A stretch of 55,514 nucleotides of DNA from Octopus bimaculoides (lineage: Eukaryota), in the NCBI RefSeq assembly GCF_001194135.2, contig NC_068982.1, positions 58,256,672 through 58,312,185 on the forward strand, read 5' to 3'. A model generated the notes under the pieces. The model was not told the origin of the DNA. It did no database searches and worked only from the letters and a program-made list of their open reading frames with translations. The stretch's first letter is position 1, and each line of letters starts with the position of its first letter. Of this stretch, positions 51,571 through 55,514 are shown one piece after another. The translations under genes were made by a program, and so were the position numbers.

Positions 51571-53917
51571 TATGTATGCATGTGTGTATTTAATAAATAA
51601 AAAAATCTTTTATTTCTGATATCTTTTCAGATCAAACAAAAGGCATCTACTTCACTTATAATATTTGGAGTTAAGAACTTTGTATCAATTAGAAATATAT
51701 ACTCAAAGCGACGTTGGAAATCTTTCTGATCAAAACTTACTATGTGCCACACAAAAAGAAGTTTGGCAGCCAACTTTATTATGTCTTTGCTTTAAAATCT
51801 TTCTTTTCAATAATGAGCTCATAATTTGAAATATTATATGTAAAGTGGATGTCATTCATTTCATATAGAAACATATGTGTACTGTTTGTCTATTTTGTTT
51901 AATCAAATTAAACCCTCAGAATATTACACGTAAGTTTTTTCACTACAAATTGAATTGCACTTCCCCCACCACACACATAATGAATGAGAAAAAAACAAGA
52001 AAAAGACACAATGAGAGGGACAAGTTTTAACAAAGGTGATATTTATATATCACTTGAAAAGAAAGGGAAGACAAAATATAACTTGAGAGGAAATCTGAAT
52101 ATTAGAGAAATTAGAGTATGTAAGTATGAGAATGTAGAAGATGTCAATTGTAAATGGTGGTGCCAACAGATTCAAGTAGATGAAGCCTGTTTAAGACAGA
52201 GAGCAAAAAAGAGATATAAGACACAATATTAAATGTCTATGTCATGAGGTTAGACCTCACAAAAGATACAACAAAAGATTCTAACAAATGGAAGAAAATT
52301 GTAATGGAGTAGATCCATCAAACCCATGCAAATGAGGAAAAGAATGGATGTAAAATGATTGATAAAAGTAGTGGTGAGAGAGATCTTTATTATCACTGTG
52401 TCTCATTAATATCCCACCGGCTGTGTAAAGAGTCTTTTGTCCCATCACTTTTTTATTGCTACAAAGCATTCCTCCATATAATGCCATAACATCCACCACA
52501 CTTCCTTTCCTCTCACTCTCTCTCTTACTTCCATTAAACCTTCCTTCACCGCTTGTCTTCATCATATCACTCTTTCCCTATCATGCCAACTTTGCTATTT
52601 CATTTCAGTAGACTCTATCACTCTATTCCATCACTCACTCTTCTGTCACTGTCTAGAGCTGCATCTTCCACTTTTATCACACTATCTTCTATTATCTTTT
52701 CAGTCATGTTCTTTTCTATTCAATCTCCTAAACAACAACTCTCATGTAACTGCCGATTGCCTTCTACCTCTGATCTATTCCTCTCTCTCCTCTCACCCTA
52801 TTGTTTCATCCTTTTGATTCTCTTCAGCTACTCTTTTTACTATCATGTTCTCACACAGGCTTTCTTTTCACCCAGTTGTGTGAAAAGAAATAGAATGGAT
52901 GAATAGAAGCAGATCAGGAAAGACAGGACCCACTTTAGTCTTTTCAGGGGCTAGACTAACTCATTGGTGCTGGTGAATGAATGAAAGAAAACAAAGAAAA
53001 GTAAAGAGCAATTCTAGTCCAGCCAAGAATGAGGCCATCTCTCTCGAGTGCTGTGCCAGGATAAAAACAAGGCAAGCCTTGCTGCAAAGAGGTTGGTGAT
53101 TGGAAGGGCATTCACCCATTGAAACCATGCCAAAAAGGAAATGTATGAGTTAGAGCATCATGCTAATCTTAGATGGGTTAAAAACCTGATGGTAAGCCTT
53201 AACAATTCAATCTGACTATGATGACCCATCTAACACATACCAGTTTCGAAAAGCAGATGTCAAATTGTTATGAGGATGCCAATATCATTCCATTTTTCTT
53301 CTTTTTCTGTCTCTCTCTCATATATACACACATACGCAGACATACATAATGCATATATATGTACTTAAATACATATATATGTATGTAATTTGCTCTCCAC
53401 ATCTATGAGTTACATGCAGTGTATTTGAACTTGAGAGTAACTGCTTGTGCATGTATATGTGCAGGATGTATGTGTATAACAGAGTATTGGTATATATATC
53501 TTCATAATACAGTCAGTGAATGTTTGTAACTGTTTATGCATATATATGTGCATCTACACATGTCTGAGGGTGTAAGTGTTTGTGTGTGGGTTTGTGTTGA
53601 GAATATGATTACTTAACAGAATCTGGAATTGCTAAGACCAGAAAACAACTCTCCTCTAGGATTTCCACCATCTCCTAGTCAGATTATTATCATCATCATC
53701 ATCATCATTATTATTATCATTATTATTATTATTATTATTATTGATAGTAGTAGTATCTGCTATTGGTTTTCCTACATATTACACAGTTACTTTATGTAGT
53801 TTTTTTAAATATTATTTTTATTTATTTTTCATAGAGGGCTTAATACTCTCACTATCGGCAAACAAAAAAAAATTCCCTTATAAACTGAGTAACTAAATTA
53901 CAATCATTAGCATTATC

Positions 53918-53970
<53 letters not shown>

Positions 53971-54629
53971 NNNNNNNNNNNNNNNNNNNNNNNNNNNNNN
54001 NNNNNNNNNNNNNNNNNNNNNNNNNNNNNNNNNNNNNNNNNNNNNNNNNNNNNNNNNNNNNNNNNNNNNNNNNNNNNNNNNNNNNNNNNNNNNNNNNNNN
54101 NNNNNNNNNNNNNNNNNNNNNNNNNNNNNNNNNNNNNNNNNNNNNNNNNNNNNNNNNNNNNNNNNNNNNNNNNNNNNNNNNNNNNNNNNNNNNNNNNNNN
54201 NNNNNNNNNNNNNNNNNNNNNNNNNNNNNNNNNNNNNNNNNNNNNNNNNNNNNNNNNNNNNNNNNNNNNNNNNNNNNNNNNNNNNNNNNNNNNNNNNNNN
54301 NNNNNNNNNNNNNNNNNNNNNNNNNNNNNNNNNNNNNNNNNNNNNNNNNNNNNNNNNNNNNNNNNNNNNNNNNNNNNNNNNNNNNNNNNNNNNNNNNNNN
54401 NNNNNNNNNNNNNNNNNNNNNNNNNNNNNNNNNNNNNNNNNNNNNNNNNNNNNNNNNNNNNNNNNNNNNNNNNNNNNNNNNNNNNNNNNNNNNNNNNNNN
54501 NNNNNNNNNNNNNNNNNNNNNNNNNNNNNNNNNNNNNNNNNNNNNNNNNNNNNNNNNNNNNNNNNNNNNNNNNNNNNNNNNNNNNNNNNNNNNNNNNNNN
54601 NNNNNNNNNNNNNNNNNNNNNNNNNNNNA

Positions 54630-55514
54630 TATATATGATATATATATATATATATATATGATATATATATATATATGATATATATATATGATATATGATA
54701 TATATATATGATATATATATATATATATATGATATATATATATATATATATGATATATATATATATGAGCTAACAGAAAATATTCATGTTAGAAAATATC
54801 AGAGCAAGTTATTGAATACCTCCAACTCACAATACACACTTTCTCTCTCTCACTCTCTCTCTCTCACACACACATACAAACACACACACACACATGCACA
54901 AAGACACAAACACACACACACACATACACATAGACGCAAACCACTTGCCTTGTGCTCTCTTTATCCGTTCTCANNNNNNNNNNTTGTGCTCTCTTTATCC
55001 GTTCTCACACACATGGACACATTTTCTATATAACTTCATACACTCAGACATACACACACACACACACCATGTACATGCATAAGTACATAGGCACATCTGT
55101 ATACACATGCACACACAAATATACATACATGCATACATACACATATACATACAACGCACATGCATATGTGTATGCACATGCAAACATGCATACACTCTGT
55201 GTTCATATCCCTCTTTCTCACTCTCAAATCCCATTTCTCTCTCTCTTTTTCTCTGGGTCTTATCGTTTCTGCCTCTCTCTCACACTTTCTCTCTCTCTCT
55301 CACACTTTCTCTCTCTCTCTCACACTTTCTCTCTCTCTCTCACACACTTTCTCTCTCTCTCTCTCACACTTTCTCTCTCTCTCTCTCACACTTTCTCTCT
55401 CTCTCTCTCACACTTTCTCTTTCTCTTTTTCTTTTTCTCTGCATCTTATCTTTTATACCTCTCTCTCTTTCTCTCTCTCACACTTTCTCTCTTTCTTTTT
55501 CTCTGTGTCTTATC
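54630..55514. repeat. Compound (AT/GAT), (CA)n and (CT)n-'cacacttt' minisatellite field
   Basis: Visible repeats; from about 55270 a unit of roughly 20 bp, 'ctctctctctcacacttt', recurs. Confidence 0.9.

Noticed and set aside
54950-55008. Duplicated 'ttgtgctctctttatccgttctca' around a 10-N gap
   Set aside because: Assembly overlap artefact.

Overview
AT-rich, microsatellite- and transposon-dense eukaryotic DNA with several N gaps. The repeat content resembles a coleoid cephalopod such as Octopus, which is an inference. Almost all long ORFs in the track are translated microsatellites. The one host-gene-derived sequence is an intronless, 5'-truncated CCM2 (malcavernin)-like ORF at 21569-22483 (-). 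It runs without a poly(A) into the 3' end and (GAT)n tail of an RTE LINE, and this chimera sits between the two halves of a TTAA/piggyBac-like MITE. The rest is mobile DNA: at least three RLE-type (R4/Dong-like) LINE lineages, two of them embedded in specific microsatellites, plus RTE LINEs and several tRNA-derived SINE families. There is also a miniature Gypsy element with both LTRs, PBS and PPT, a decayed mariner, hAT/pogo/piggyBac-type MITEs and Penelope-like remnants. Family assignments come from motif recognition by eye; no database searches were run. Boundaries without a stated TSD or TIR are approximate.
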